Below are positions 26,876 to 39,790 of a stretch of DNA of 64,000 nt, piece by piece (within the stretch, counting starts at the first letter, position 1; each line of letters begins with the position of its first letter). Under the pieces are notes generated by a model. That model was not told the DNA's origin, ran no database searches, and was given only the letters and a program-made list of their open reading frames with translations. The translations under genes were made by a program, and so were the position numbers. Source of the DNA: Chiloscyllium plagiosum (taxonomy: Eukaryota). Location of the stretch: assembly GCF_004010195.1 (NCBI RefSeq), contig NC_057732.1:16842484-16906483 (forward strand), written 5' to 3'.

Positions 26876-27805
26876 TAAAGACAATGTCAAAGCAATGAAA
26901 GTGGAGGAACAGCAGTGAAAAATCATATTCCCTGTCTGTAACTCAATGAGAACTGTTGACTTTTAACTCCCATTGAAGTGAAGGGAAAAATATGAATTGA
27001 TATGAACTGCACAGTGACCCATTAGTTTCTCACCCTTGTCTCATTCGACTTTCAAATTCTGCTTTATACCTATCTTTTTGCTGTCCCCTTTTTGACCCTC
27101 GTGTTTTCTCTGTTTAAGTTCCCATTTCCCGTATCATTCTTCTTAAATAAATAAAGGACTCCGAAAATCAAGATAAAAAGAATAAAAATATGTATGGGAA
27201 TCAAGTTCACATACTTTTGGTTTCTTGCATTGGTGAGATGCTTGGAAATCAACCAAGTCAGCCAAGATTCATTGACGAGCTCCACACTGAGGCTTCTAGC
27301 TCAGACACAAGCTACGATTACATTATGGCTCCTCTTAGAGCATTCCTGAACAGCTGAGATGCTTACGCACGTCTCGTCGGGTCTGAAGTCACAAGAGAGC
27401 TAGGACCAGCTTAAATCTACATTCAGAGCCAGAAAGGTCTACAGCATAGAAAAAAGCCCATTAGCCCATCGTGTCCATGCTAGTCAAAAACAACTCCCTC
27501 ACTATTCTCTAACCCCATTTCCCCAGCACTTGGCCCACAGCCTTGGTATTGCAAGTCCACATCTAAATCGTTCTTCAATGTCATCAGGGCTTCTGCCTCT
27601 CCAGAGTTCCAGATTCCCCATGTTGCCTTCAAACGAAAAAACCCTGTCAATTATGATTCAGGAGTATAGCTAAATAGATATACAAACAAATCTTGAGAAG
27701 ATAATAACCACAGCACCAGTGAACCTCGTATGCAACCAGATTGTATTTGAAGGAATAAAGTTATTTCAATTTCTATTTTTCAAGTTGAGGGGAGATTGGT
27801 CTTAC

Positions 27806-27953
27806 CGTGAGCAGTCGATTCATATCCGCTTCCATGTTGGCAATAGTCATCCTTTGCATGATGATTTCAGTAACTCTACGTTCAAGTGACTGCCACTTCA
27901 TTCTTGCTGCTCTTGACGTATATCTATTTGTAAACTTCCTCTGGTACTTCTTT
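27806..27953 (-). CDS. KIF21A: KIF21A exon, 148 nt: [49 protein letters not shown]
   Basis: cag|A acceptor, ACG|gtaaga donor, phase 2-0. Confidence 0.96.
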
Positions 27954-29960
27954 CTGCAATTGGTCAGATTTGAATTGTTACATCAACCAATTTCATATGA
28001 TATTATGTACGAAGGCATTTAAAATTGAGTGTTAGAGAGGCTTCGTATTTAATAACTTTCATGGACTTGAGTTTGAAGGATTATGAATACATGGACATGT
28101 TAAAAAAAAGAGATTAAACAAAAAGCATTTAAACTTTTTTTTGAACAAGGTATTGTTTTGTAGTCACATTTCTTGTGAGAAACGCTCCTTTTCTGAGGAA
28201 GCCACTTGGCTGGGCTTATGACCATCAGGTTTCAGTGTGTGTTATCCATATTGTTTGGAGCAGCTGGTGACAAGCCTGCTGAAGGGAAAGGAGATTCTGA
28301 ACGTAGCTCTCCTGTTGTTAGAAGAGCCCTTGTTGTAAATCCAGTGTGAAATCTGACTGCCCTCTCGAAGAGTCACCGGAAAAATTCTCAAGATTTCCTC
28401 GCAAGCTCCTGAAATCCTCAGGAAGCTGTGTTTGCAAAGTTCCCAGAGACAACTGCTCATGTTTATTGATACCGGTCTACACATGACAGCCATTTTGACA
28501 TTCCACACCTCATCCATTTTGCCTTTAAGAACTAACCATAACCAAAACATTAGTGGAAATGTTTCACAAAGTGAATCACTGAAGAGACAAATCAAATGTT
28601 TCGCCACACCCCCGTCCTAGTATAAATGGATGTGTATCTGTACATGTGTTTCAGGGCAGTGAGAAGGGTAAATATTAATACTAACAAGTTTCCAACTTTG
28701 TGCTAATTAGCTTTACACTTTTGTCAGCTAAATCCTGCTTTCACAGTAAACCAACAGCTTTGTCTGTTAAGAAATCCAATTACTAGAAGCAAAGCGAAGT
28801 TTGAGAAGAGTAGGGGATACATTTGTTTTCTTCTACCTTTAATGTGACTGTTTCTAAATTGCTGTAAATTAGAAAAATGTACTGGCTCAGATTTTCTAAA
28901 TGTCAACCAGTTACTAATCGAGAATAAATGGGAGTTGCAAATGGGAAGCCTTTGGAACCCCCTGTCTAACCAGACTCCAAAAGGAATCGTATGGGGAGTG
29001 GAAATTTATGTTGGGCAACTCCCCGACTGGGAACCGCCTGAAAGTCTGAATTTAAATTGGAATGTTCCAGTGAAAGTAAAGAGTTACTGAGGACAAAGTA
29101 AGCTATTAAATACATAGCTTTCCTGACTACATTCTCCTCCTCCTCCCTTTCCGAAACACCCCCCCAACCAGACTCTATCCCCACTTTGCCTCCTCCCCCC
29201 ACTCCAGACCCAACACTCCCATCCCAGTCCAAGCATGCTCCTCCTTTTTAACCTCACTGGGAACCCACTACTACTCCCCAGATTCTGAACTGATCTTCTT
29301 TACCTTGCTGCTGGTAATCCCAACTCCCCCTTAATTTTCCCCTGCACTCTCCCCACCTCCCTTCCCCATCTCCAGCGAATGACCACCTTACCCCTGCTCT
29401 GAACCTGCTACCCCCTTTACCCTGCTCTAAACATAACCTGCCTCTCCTCTCCATCAACCTGGGAACCAATTCCGCTTTTCCCACTTTTGATCTGATCCTG
29501 CAAAACTCCTTCACAATGGCTTCAGACATGATGTCCACCCTATATCACTTCTGCTAGTTCTGACCAATATTTGTTTCTCAAATACAGAGTCAAAGACACA
29601 TTAATTGCTTCATCATTTTGTGCTGTCAATGGGATCCTGACATTTCACTAAAAGGAGATCAGTAAAATCTGGTCCAACATTCGCCCAAGAATTCTGCTAG
29701 ATAGAAACCTGCAAAGAGAATCCAGAATGATTCCACTCCCCTAAGCTCAGGGCAATATAGCCAATGTACAAACTGATTAGCACAGACCAGGAATTAAAAT
29801 CAGAATATTTCTGGTCTGTTCACATTATCACAAGATACATTAAACAATTTGGGAACTCTAGCAATGAAAACAAAGTTGTGAATATTAACACACTGTTATT
29901 CACCCATTAGGTGTTCTGCACTTAGAAAGTCTAAAGGCTGGAAATAAAACTAAAAAGTAC

Positions 29961-30178
29961 CTGATCCCATTTGTTTTGTCTGTTGAAGTAGGTACAGTCC
30001 GAGAAGTTAAAGTTCTCCCTTTCTGTGGGCCAGTGAAGTTAGCAGTTGACCGATCATGCTCATAAATACTCATGTGAGATGGTGACTCTGAAACAGGATC
30101 TGGTAAGCTCAATTTACGACTCACTCGTCCAGCTACTTTATCAGACATGGGCTTTGATAGTTTTCGAAGGGCTGTAAC
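29961..30178 (-). CDS. KIF21A: KIF21A exon, 218 nt: VTALRKLSKPMSDKVAGRVSRKLSLPDPVSESPSHMSIYEHDRSTANFTGPQKGRTLTSRTVPTSTDKTNGI(R)
   Basis: tag|GTT acceptor, AG|gtactt donor, phase 0-2; ORF 29900..30148. Confidence 0.93.
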
Positions 30179-31794
30179 CTAAAGGTAAAAGTATTGCACA
30201 CTTCGAGCATAAGATATTACATGCAACTTCAAAAACAGATTTTAAACATTTTTGCCACAAACAAAACCATAATTATCCAAGTGAAAGCAAACAAATAGAA
30301 GGCATGACTTAAGTGGAAACCACTTCAACTTCTAACAAACATTGCAACAGAAAACAATTCAATACAGACAATGTGGCCATTTACACTAACAAAAGGCATT
30401 GCACATGACTAACAGGGTTGTGAATTTTTCAAGTTTGAGCTTACTCACTCCTATTACTTAATCTGACGTTAGTTTGAAGACTGCATCATATTCCATATAC
30501 ATTACATATTACATCTACACAATAGCATTTCCTCCAGAAATAAAATTATTTCATTGCATCTTTCTTCACAACTTAGTCCCAAGTCTGAAATTATTTTAGT
30601 GATTCCTCTAAACATTTTTGCTGCTCATCATTGACCTGGTCAATAAATTTTTTACAAAAATACACATTTTAAAAGAAAACTGAAGATTGAAAGTTGGAGT
30701 ACAACTAATGCAACCTCTCTATTAAAAACTTGGAAAAGCAGGATCAGACAGAGTCATCATGGATTTATGAAAGAGAAATCATGCTTGACAAATCTACTGG
30801 AATTCTTTAAGGATGCAGCCAGTAGAGTTGATGAGAGGGAGCCATAGCTGTAATTTATTTGGACTTTCAGAAGACTTTTGATAAAGTCCCACTTGAAAAC
30901 ATTAATGAGTAAATTGAAGCGCACAAGATTGGGGCAGTGTATTGAGTTGCATAGAAAACTGGTTAGCAGACAGGAAACAAAGATCAGGAATATGAGTTTT
31001 CTCTAGAATGGCAGGCAGTGACTAGTGGGATACCATAGGAATCAGTACCAGGACCTCAGCTGGTCACAATTTTTATCAATGATTTAATTAAGGGAACGAA
31101 ACGTCATAACTCCCAGCTTTGTAGATGACACGAAGTTGGGTGGGATGTTGAGCTATGATGAGGATACAGAAATATTGGGTGATTTGGACAAGTTGAGAGA
31201 GTGGGAAATGCATGGTGAATGCAGTATAAACACAGACATGTGATGTAATTCAATTTTGCAGCAAAAAAAGCTGGAAGGCTAGAAATTGAAAGAGGGAAAT
31301 GTGCACCTGGGTGCCCTGGCACATCAGTTGCTGAATGAGAGAACATAGGAAGAGCAGGCGGTGAAGGAGGCAAAGTATGTTGGCCTTCATAATTAGAGGA
31401 TGCAAGCACAGGAGCAGGAATGTCTTGGGGCCTGAGTGAGACCACACCTGGAATAATGTGTGCTGTTTCGGTCTCCTTATTTGAGGAATGATGTTCTTGT
31501 TTTAGGAGGGAATGTAACGAAGGTTGACCAGACTCAATCCTGGGATGGCAGGACGGAGGGCAAGGTTGAATCGGTTCAGGTTATATCCATTGGAGCTTTG
31601 AAGAATGAAGGAATTCTCAGAAACTCAAAAACCGATAACCAAACTGAACAGGGTGGATGCAGGAAGGATGCTTCCTGATAGTGAGGCATTCGAGAACTAT
31701 GGGTCACAGTCTCAGGTTACATTTAGGACTGAGACGAGGGGTGATTTCTTCTCAGAGAATGAGGAGGATATGGAATTTGCAACCACAGAAAGCA

Positions 31795-32255
31795 CTACAT
31801 AGGACAAACAGGAAGACAGCTAACGATCCATATCCATGAACACCAACTAGCCACGAAACGACATGACCAGCTATCCTTAGTAGCCACACACGCAGATGAC
31901 AGGCAACATGAGTTCAACTAGGACAACACTACTATTATAGGACAAGCCAAACAGAGAACAGCCAGGGAATTCCTACAGGCATGGCACTCATCCACAGATT
32001 CTATCAACACACACATCGACCTGGACCCAATATACCGGTCACTGCAGCGGGCAGCTGGAACTGACAATCAGAAGCAGCAGAGAAAAACCACTATAAATGC
32101 CGGAGGAAACAACACAGAAGCGTTTCACAGGAGGCTCCCAAGCACTGAGGATGTCACCTAGACAGGGGACGAAACGTCTGAAAACAAATTCCCAGCTCGG
32201 CGAACAGAACCACAACAATGAGCAACCGAGCTACAAGTCTTCTCACAAACTTTGA
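31795..32255 (+). mobile_element. Penelope-like element 3' end (family 2): GIY-YIG endonuclease remnant + pLTR with hammerhead motif
   Basis: YIGQTGRQLTIHIHEH...HEFN*DNTTIIGQ...REFLQAWH; 10-bp TSD acagaaagca at 31785-31794 and 32256-32265. Confidence 0.9.
32142..32181 (+). ncRNA. Minimal type I hammerhead ribozyme motif in PLE pLTR
   Basis: gca-CTGAGGA-TGTCACC-tagaca-GGGGAC-GAAAC-GTC-tga; core intact, palindromic ACGT in place of stem III. Confidence 0.7.
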
Positions 32256-32990
32256 ACAGAAAGCAGTTGAGGCCAAATATTTTATGATTTTAAGGAAAGG
32301 TTAGATATCGCACTTTGTAAATGGATCAAAGGAAATGGGGGAAAAGTAGGAAGAGGCTATTGAAGTGGATGATTAGCCATGGTCATAATGAATGGCAAAA
32401 CAGGCTCAAAAGCGCCAAATGGCCTACTCCTGCTCTGATTTTCTATGTTTGTATAAAGCAGGATAAACCAACCAACCACAACAAAAGATTCTCACTCTCA
32501 GAAAGCCAGTTTGTGAAATGCACTGATGAATTTTCATGTTTTGTAAATTTTACAAAGCAAACAAACAATTGGTATCTATAAACAAAGTAAAAGGAAGAAG
32601 CCGAAAAATCCTAAACTTAAATATTCAAAGTAGCGTGGAGAAATCAGACATTCCACAAATCAAGTTTCAGGGCTAAAAATCTTTTCATCTGTTAATACAG
32701 ACTTAGCATATCATTAAAATCCCAGACACATCATAACCTTTTCCAAAAGTTGCACAGTGAGACTCTCTGCTAACCATTAGCAAATTCCTGTCAGTTAAAT
32801 GACCAAGGTGATTTTATTCTGCAGTAACTCCAACAGTGCACTCTCTACTGACAGTAAATTCTGGATTATCAAGTTTAAATGGCACATAACATTCTAGAAA
32901 TGGCCATCAGCTCCAAAAGTAGTAAGGACTACAAAATCAGTGTCATTTTGCTTTGAAATACACAAGCACAATTAATTAACAATTCCTCAC

Positions 32991-33059
32991 CTCTTCAGTT
33001 TTTCGTCGTAGAATTATTTCTTGCTGTCGCTTTTTAGCTTCCAAAAGTTTCATTTGATG
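32991..33059 (-). CDS. KIF21A: KIF21A exon, 69 nt: HQMKLLEAKKRQQEIILRRKTEE
   Basis: cag|CAT acceptor, GAG|gtgagg donor, phase 0-0. Confidence 0.95.
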
Positions 33060-33199
33060 CTGAGTAGAGAAGAAAAACAAACTTAAATTAAGCATGAAAT
33101 GGGAAACAAACCTCCATTCCAAACAAAAAGCAGAATTAGCTACAATAGTGCCTTGCCTCGTAAAGTAAAACAGATCCTAACTGGTTTCAAATAAAGGTT

Positions 33200-33560
33200 T
33201 ACATGACCAATGAACATCTTTATAGCCATGAGGTATTTCTGAAATGCAATAACGACAGCAAAATTCAAACTGCAGGTATTTTACACAGCTCCTACAAAGA
33301 GCAATGCAATGATGACTAGGTCATCTAATTTTGTACTGTTGATTAGTATTTGCAACATACTGCTCTTCTTTGAAACAGTGCAATGGAACCTTTTACAAAT
33401 CACTTGAAAGAATGGATAGGGCCAGTCACAAAGATGCCATCTGAAAGATGTTATCTGACATTGTAGCACATGCTCACTACTTCATTGCAGTGTCAAGTTT
33501 GATTTTATTTTGTTAAGGACTTGAACCTGAGCCTTCTAGCTACAGAGCTGTAGCTGACAC
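33200..33560 (-). mobile_element. Ancient DeuSINE (SacSINE1/AmnSINE1-like) remnant
   Basis: ctgctcttctttgaaacagtgcaatggaaccttttac...catctgaaagatg...tgtagcac resembles the recalled Deu-domain reverse complement; B-box-like GGTTCAAGTCC on minus near 33517-33527. Confidence 0.65.
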
Positions 33561-33639
33561 ATGCATATATTTTGATATTTTGCACTGTTTTAGTTACATT
33601 AGTGTCTTGGTATGCACCACAGACATCCAAAATATTTTA

Positions 33640-33766
33640 GGCGAAAGTGAGGACTGCAGATGCTGGAGATCAGAGTCATTCCTGAAGAAGGGCTTTTGCC
33701 TGAAACGCCAATTTTCCTGCTCCTCGGATGCTGCCTGACCTGCTGTGCTTTTCCAGTACCACTCTA
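33640..33766 (+). mobile_element. 127-bp PLE family-1 derivative with inverted tail
   Basis: 15-bp direct repeat atccaaaatatttta at 33625-33639 and 33767-33781; hammerhead-like core at 33682-33709. Confidence 0.85.
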
Positions 33767-34719
33767 ATCCAAAATATTTTACTGAGTATTTGCTGTGATT
33801 GTACATATTTGTAGCTTTTTTTTTATTTTTTGAAACTACTTTGTTTTTACTTTTTGGGAATGCAGGGAAGAGAGTGTGGATGCAAAAATGAAACAACCAA
33901 TACTATGATAGCAACATACAACTGCTCAAGAAATGACATCCAGAACAAGAAAGGAAGTGCACAGTAAATGAGGCCAAATAAATATTGACAGTGTCACAAA
34001 GGACTTGGTCAAATCTGAGCTGTGTGTCATGGTTGGAAATTGTGAAGTTTGATTGATTTGATAAAAGTTGCCTGTCAGTTTGCATTTGACTCAGCACACC
34101 CAGAAGGCTCAAAACACATTCACAATGCTCATAAAAGTTACAAATCTCTTATGAATGGGAATGTTCTGCATTTTAATGAAGATGGACCTATTTTGTTTAG
34201 CAAGTTATGTTAAACTCAAATTTGTCGAGTATCCTTAGAATAGAGAGAATAGTTATAGGGGTGATTTCTTGGCTTTGTAATTGCTTTCATTTATTGAGAA
34301 AATAATTTTAACATTAAATGAAATAATAGAATGGACATCTCTAATCTTACAGGAGATTGAGTTTCTTGCACAAGTTAACTTCTAATGATTTATCGACTAA
34401 TTGCACATCATATGAAACAGCATTCCATCACACAGACCACTCAACTTTTAGCTAAATCTACACACTGTTAATTTCATTCAAAATTCCCTTTAGCTGTTTA
34501 CTGATAAGAATTTTCATGTGATAAGTACCACCAACATAAAGAAAACCACTCTTCATCTTGTTCTGATCAACTGACATATCGCACATGAATCAGTCCATAA
34601 CTCTATTGATAAGAGAGACCACATTAAGATGTCTTCACAGTGCAGCTTCTTCTGCGGTTTGGAAATCCCTGATTAACATTTTTTTAGCCCAGCAATGAAT
34701 GAAGAAAAGATGCTGTTTC

Positions 34720-35830
34720 CAAAACAGAATGATGTGTCACTTGAAAGGGAACTTGCAGGAATTGGTAGTCTTGTATGCTTGCTGCCTTTGTCCTTCTGGG
34801 TGGTTGTGATTATGGATATGGATATGGGAGTTGCTGTTGCCACAATACATCAAAGCTTTGTCATAAATCTTGGTGGCACACATTGCAGTGATGTTATGCC
34901 TCTGATGGGGAAGATGATGGACAAGTTGTCCATTCAGCACCCTATTTTTCCTCAGATACAATTGTGCTTCTTCAGTGTTATCAGAGATGTTCCAATCCAG
35001 ATAAGTGAGGAGTGTTCCATCACACCACTGATTTGTGCCTTCATTGGTCATAACAAAGCTTTGGGAATTTGATCACACCACGGAATTTTCAGCGTCTGAC
35101 CATCTACTGCTGCAATTAGTCAAATACTGCCTTGATATGAAAGAACAAACCTCGAACTTTTTTTTTTGTGGCCATTTTTCCAATGAAGACTCAGTTCTGG
35201 AGTCAAATAAGCTGGTGGAAATCAATCTGAGCTTAGATAAGCAGGTTATTGGTAAGTGCCACTTGATGTTTTTGACTAGAACTTTTCATCACTGCTGATT
35301 GAGATTAGTTTTAAGTGGTATTTGGCTAATTTGGATTTATGCTACTTTTTTCAGACAGAACATCCCTATGATTATTTTCCCCATTCTCAATTAGATACTA
35401 ATGTTCTGCTGGAATAGTTTATCCAGTGCACCCAGCATGCTTATGGAGCTTGCAGTCTGCTGTATCTGGTGCATGGCTAATGTTTCTCAACCACCAAGAA
35501 CGAATCATTGATTCAATGCGACGGTCTGTGATGTGGAATTCCAAAAAAGGCTGACCTGAATGATCCATCTGATGCTTTAGCCTCTACCTTTGAACTGACA
35601 TGCTGGCCTCTGCTATCATTGAGCTCCTCTTCCCATTTTGCTTAGTTAGTCACTACTATTAATGATTGAAGGAGGCAGGACTGCAGAGTTTTGATCAAAT
35701 CTGTTAGTGGATGATCATTTAGCACTCTATAGCACATAGATTAATTTTATTTATATGTCTTAGTTCTGCATAGTACATTTATCAGGTTTTATCCTGTTTT
35801 CATGTATGCCTGTTGCTGATCTAGGAATGC
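34720..35830 (-). mobile_element. Ancient LINE remnant (CR1/L2 group)
   Basis: Decayed LINE-like coding text; family uncertain. Confidence 0.45.
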
Positions 35831-36579
35831 GTGACACAATCATTGTGTTAAATAGGATGGATGCAGAACAGATCCAACAATTTCAAATGTGGGCAACGAT
35901 AAAGGCAATGCGAGTAATCATCAACGGCCAATCATTTTCAACCTAAGCTGATGGTTCAACATATTCATTCTATATGATTTCCATTAGCATGGAAATCTAA
36001 TCCTGCTTCAATGAGTTTGCAAGTGCATTCCTAGACCAACACAGAAGCTCAAATTACATATCAAAAAACTCAGTTAGAGGAATAAGAACTCTAAGCTTAC
36101 AAAGAGTTCCTCACCTTTCAGATAAATCAAAATTGTACACATCACTAAATGCAATTGTGACAGATCCAATCAATGATTAGTTTTCAACTGAACAACAGAG
36201 TGGGTTAGATTGGTGCGTACTGTTTTGTAAACTGGAGCAGATATTGACTGCCTGCAAAGCTTATCTGAAATGCCAAACCAAACTGTGGCATGCCAATCCT
36301 ATTCATAACATGTGAATTGCAAGATATGGATAACAAGACAGATCTACCTATAAAAATTGCATTTTACGATGAATTTCCTGAAATACATATTTATCCATCA
36401 TCAGAACTGATTAAAATGTAGTTCCTCACTAGAAACACCTTATCATAATTTTACATGCAAAAAAATGCATTTCCAACTGAGATATGGAATCAAAGCATTT
36501 AGCTATAAGGCAAGAGACTGTGTATAACTGAAGTGTTTGAGTTGAAGGGAGTCCCAACCAGAGTGAATACAGCAGAAGC

Positions 36580-37480
36580 AAATGTGTTCTATTTTGATTT
36601 CCAGAAATTATTTGACAATGTACCCACAAAAGGTTAAGACATAAGATAACAGCCTCTCGTGGGCAAATGAAAAGTTGACAAATGGAGTACAATGTGGGAA
36701 AATATCAAGTTATTCACTTTGGAAGGAGAACAAAAGAGCAGATTATTATTGAAATAGAACAAAACTGCAGAAAGCCACAACACAAAGGAACCTGGGGGCA
36801 CTTAAGCATGAAACACAGAAAGCGAGCACACAGGTGCAGCAGGTAATCAGAAAGGCTAATGGAATGCTGGCCTTTGTTTCAACAGCATTGCAGTATAAGA
36901 GTCGGACAGTTTTACTGCAAGCACACAACGTGTTGATGAGACCATAATTAAAAGAATACTGAGAGCAATCTTGGTCTAAGGAACTATCTTATTTGATTGC
37001 AAGCAGTTCAGAGAAGGTTCATGTAGATGGCTACGGTATGGTGGTCTTATGAGCAAAGGTTAAGCAGGTTGGGACTCTATCGGAATTTAGAGAATGAGAA
37101 GTGTTCACATTAAAATTTGTAGAATTAAGGGCTTGACAGGATAATTCCTGGGAGGATGTTTTCGTTCATGGGAGAGTCCCTGTCCAGATGGTATACTCTC
37201 AGAACTAAAGGGGGCCAATTTAAGACCAAGGGGAGGAGGAATTTCTTTCTTAAAGGGTTGAGTGCCTTTGGAACTCCTTGCTGCAGAGAGCTGAAGGGGT
37301 AGAATCCTTGTGTATATTTAAGGCTGAGATAGATAGATTCTTGATCAGTAGTGGAATTAAGGTTATGGGAAAGGGCAAGAAAGTGGATGCGAGGAGTTTT
37401 GGATCAACCATGATCCCATTCAATTGCATAGTCTGTTTGAAACCTCAAACCTCCTAATTCTGTCCCTATGTTCTTATAGG
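36580..37480 (+). mobile_element. CR1 LINE RT to 3' end with internal deletion
   Basis: QMEYNVGKYQVIHFGR, QQVIRKANGMLAF remnants, CR1 tail. Confidence 0.85.
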
Positions 37481-37779
37481 CTGTGATGTGGAGAGTGTTA
37501 AACAAAATATATCCATCAACCTAAGAACAAGACTGCAATTGTTTTCAATTAAAATGCCTACTGATTGTTCTATTTATGTTATGAGCTGCTTTTTCAACTT
37601 TTATGGAAGTTTTAAGCTGTGTTTTTCATGATTACACACAGCATATAGAGCAAATAGGAGATGGTGAAGTAGTAGGAGAGGAGTCGGATTATCCGTGATT
37701 TTATTGAACAGGTGAGCAAGCTTGAGGTGGCAAATATTTTTATGGTCTTTTAGTATTGATAATGTTGCTGGACTAAAAC

Positions 37780-38120
37780 TTCAGTGGTTCAGGATAATGG
37801 CATTGGTTCAAGTATTATTGTGTCAGAACTTGAATTTAATTAACAATCTGAAATTTCAAGTTAATGTCAGTAATGGTAACCATGACAACCACCACTGATT
37901 GTCATCAAAACCTGTGGGATTCACTCCGGTTCCATGAGGAAAAGCAATTTGCCATCATTACCAATTTCAGTTTCATGCAATCCAGGTTCAAAGTAAGATT
38001 ATTGACATTTAACTGCCCTAAAGTAACCTCACAAACGACTCAGTTAATGGGTAATTAGGGATTGGCAACAATTTCTGGCCTCATCATTGATGCTCAAATC
38101 CAAATAATAGAAATAAAAAT
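37780..38120 (+). mobile_element. Old SINE with LINE-derived tail (related copy at about 46720-47000)
   Basis: B-box-like ggttcaag, shared aatggtaaccatgac...ttcact...aactgccc...aattagggattggcaaca blocks, A-rich end. Confidence 0.55.
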
Positions 38121-38871
38121 GTCAACATTTGTTAACCGATGGTCCTCCAAACTCAGTGATGACCACAAAAATCAATATTTTGCATTGCCTCAAGCAATGT
38201 TACAAGAGATCTGCTTGCAATTTTAGTGTCATAGAACTGGATTTATATTTATTAAACTAATGAATGACAGTAAATGTCACTTCAATTGATATGTTATGAG
38301 TCTAGAGAAGCACATGCGTGCAAGACTTAAATAGATCAGTGAACATTAAAACCTATTTCCATGATTCAATAGGATTTGCTGAACCATCCTGGAAGAAAAT
38401 GCATTATCAAACAACTTAGGGTCATGACTTGGGTTCAAAATGTGGCTCATTTACACTTGATAGAAGCTGAAATATTCACACACGGGGATCTGCCCTCCGC
38501 AAGAAAAAGGCCTATGACCAGGCATTGCACACTTTTTTTGAATTAAACAGAAGCTTGGAAGATTTCCTGGATCCACTTTCCATAAGACACAGCCAGGCTA
38601 GACTCGTAACTCTTTTGCCACAGGGTATAATTTCTTGCTCCCTTTGAAACATGGCTTTCTTACAATTGCCCCAAGAGCACGACAAAAAGCTTTTCCAGCA
38701 TGCCTCTTTACTCAGCGATGTTAAACTATGCAAGTGTTGTAATGTCAAAGTGAAAGATCAAAGATTTAGTATAATTTCTACAATAATAGTCAAAATAACT
38801 TTACAATGTCATCCTTGTTCAAGCTAAAAGCACTATCAATACACAATCATTTTGAACAACTCAATACTCAC

Positions 38872-38979
38872 TTCCTGTTTGCGCTGCTCTTTTTTCAGCT
38901 GAGCAATTTCTCGGTTTCTCTTAGACTCTGTCATGCGAGCTCGTTCTTGATCTTCCTTCATTTGTTTCATTAAACGAAC
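38872..38979 (-). CDS. KIF21A: KIF21A exon, 108 nt: [36 protein letters not shown]
   Basis: aag|GTT acceptor, GAA|gtgagt donor, phase 0-0. Confidence 0.96.
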
Positions 38980-39229
38980 CTTCAAAATCAATACGTAAAC
39001 ATCATGTAATTTTTTTCCCCAACACTTTTATGCTCATCTTTATGTGATTAGTCAAGGTGGCAAACATTTACAGCTTACCTCGTAATTAGTTAAGACACCT
39101 CTGTAAAACAATTACTCCCAGAAATTGAGGCAGCTCTGTTGTTCTGAAAAGAATAATGCTTCTAAAGTATGTCACATGCTGCTCCGTTCACAAGGTTTCA
39201 TCGCCCTTGATTTTTTTCCCCCCCCCAAG

Positions 39230-39790
39230 GGTCATAATGACACAGGTTCCAATATATCTGGATGGATGGCTTTAGGGCCAAATTGATTATAGCTAACAGG
39301 TACTGCCTCAGTAAAAAAGCTTTCAAATTTTAAAACAAAACTTGTACAAAGAATGGGAAGTGGCCAGTTCTCCCAGCTCAGCTTGTATCTGGTTTGGTTT
39401 TAGCAGTCTGGCTGTTCAGATCAAGCAGTTTTTTCCCTCCCTGAGGCTGCTGGTCAAAGAAACAGCTACATGGCAGATGATGTTGCATGTTGAATCTTTG
39501 ACATCTCTCTCGCCTGCAAGAAACTGTGCTTGATTTGCTGAGAGGTGTTTATGGGTATGTTTCAAGTATTTGGAACAGCATTATTAAATTGTGATAGAGT
39601 ATACTGGGTTTCAAATATTATGTTATTCAAAATTTGGTTTTCTTTTGTTCATGTATAAATAAAACTAAGTGGTTGGGCCAGCTGCGTCACCCCTGAGTAT
39701 CCACTCAACACTTGCTTAAAACAACTAGAAAAGTTAGGGTCCGGGCTACTTCCTTGAAATGTTTTAAGGGAATCTAGGCCGGTCCATAAT
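39230..39790 (+). mobile_element. Possible solo LTR
   Basis: AATAAA near 39657 and terminal ...ggtccataa resembling shark LTR ends by recall; no TSD verified. Confidence 0.35.

Larger units (their letters stand above)
30735..32450 (+). mobile_element. CR1 LINE RT to 3' end, interrupted by a Penelope-like insertion
   Basis: KSCLTNLLEFF, YLDFQKTFDKVP, FVDDTK remnants; CR1 tail near 32400-32450. Confidence 0.88.
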
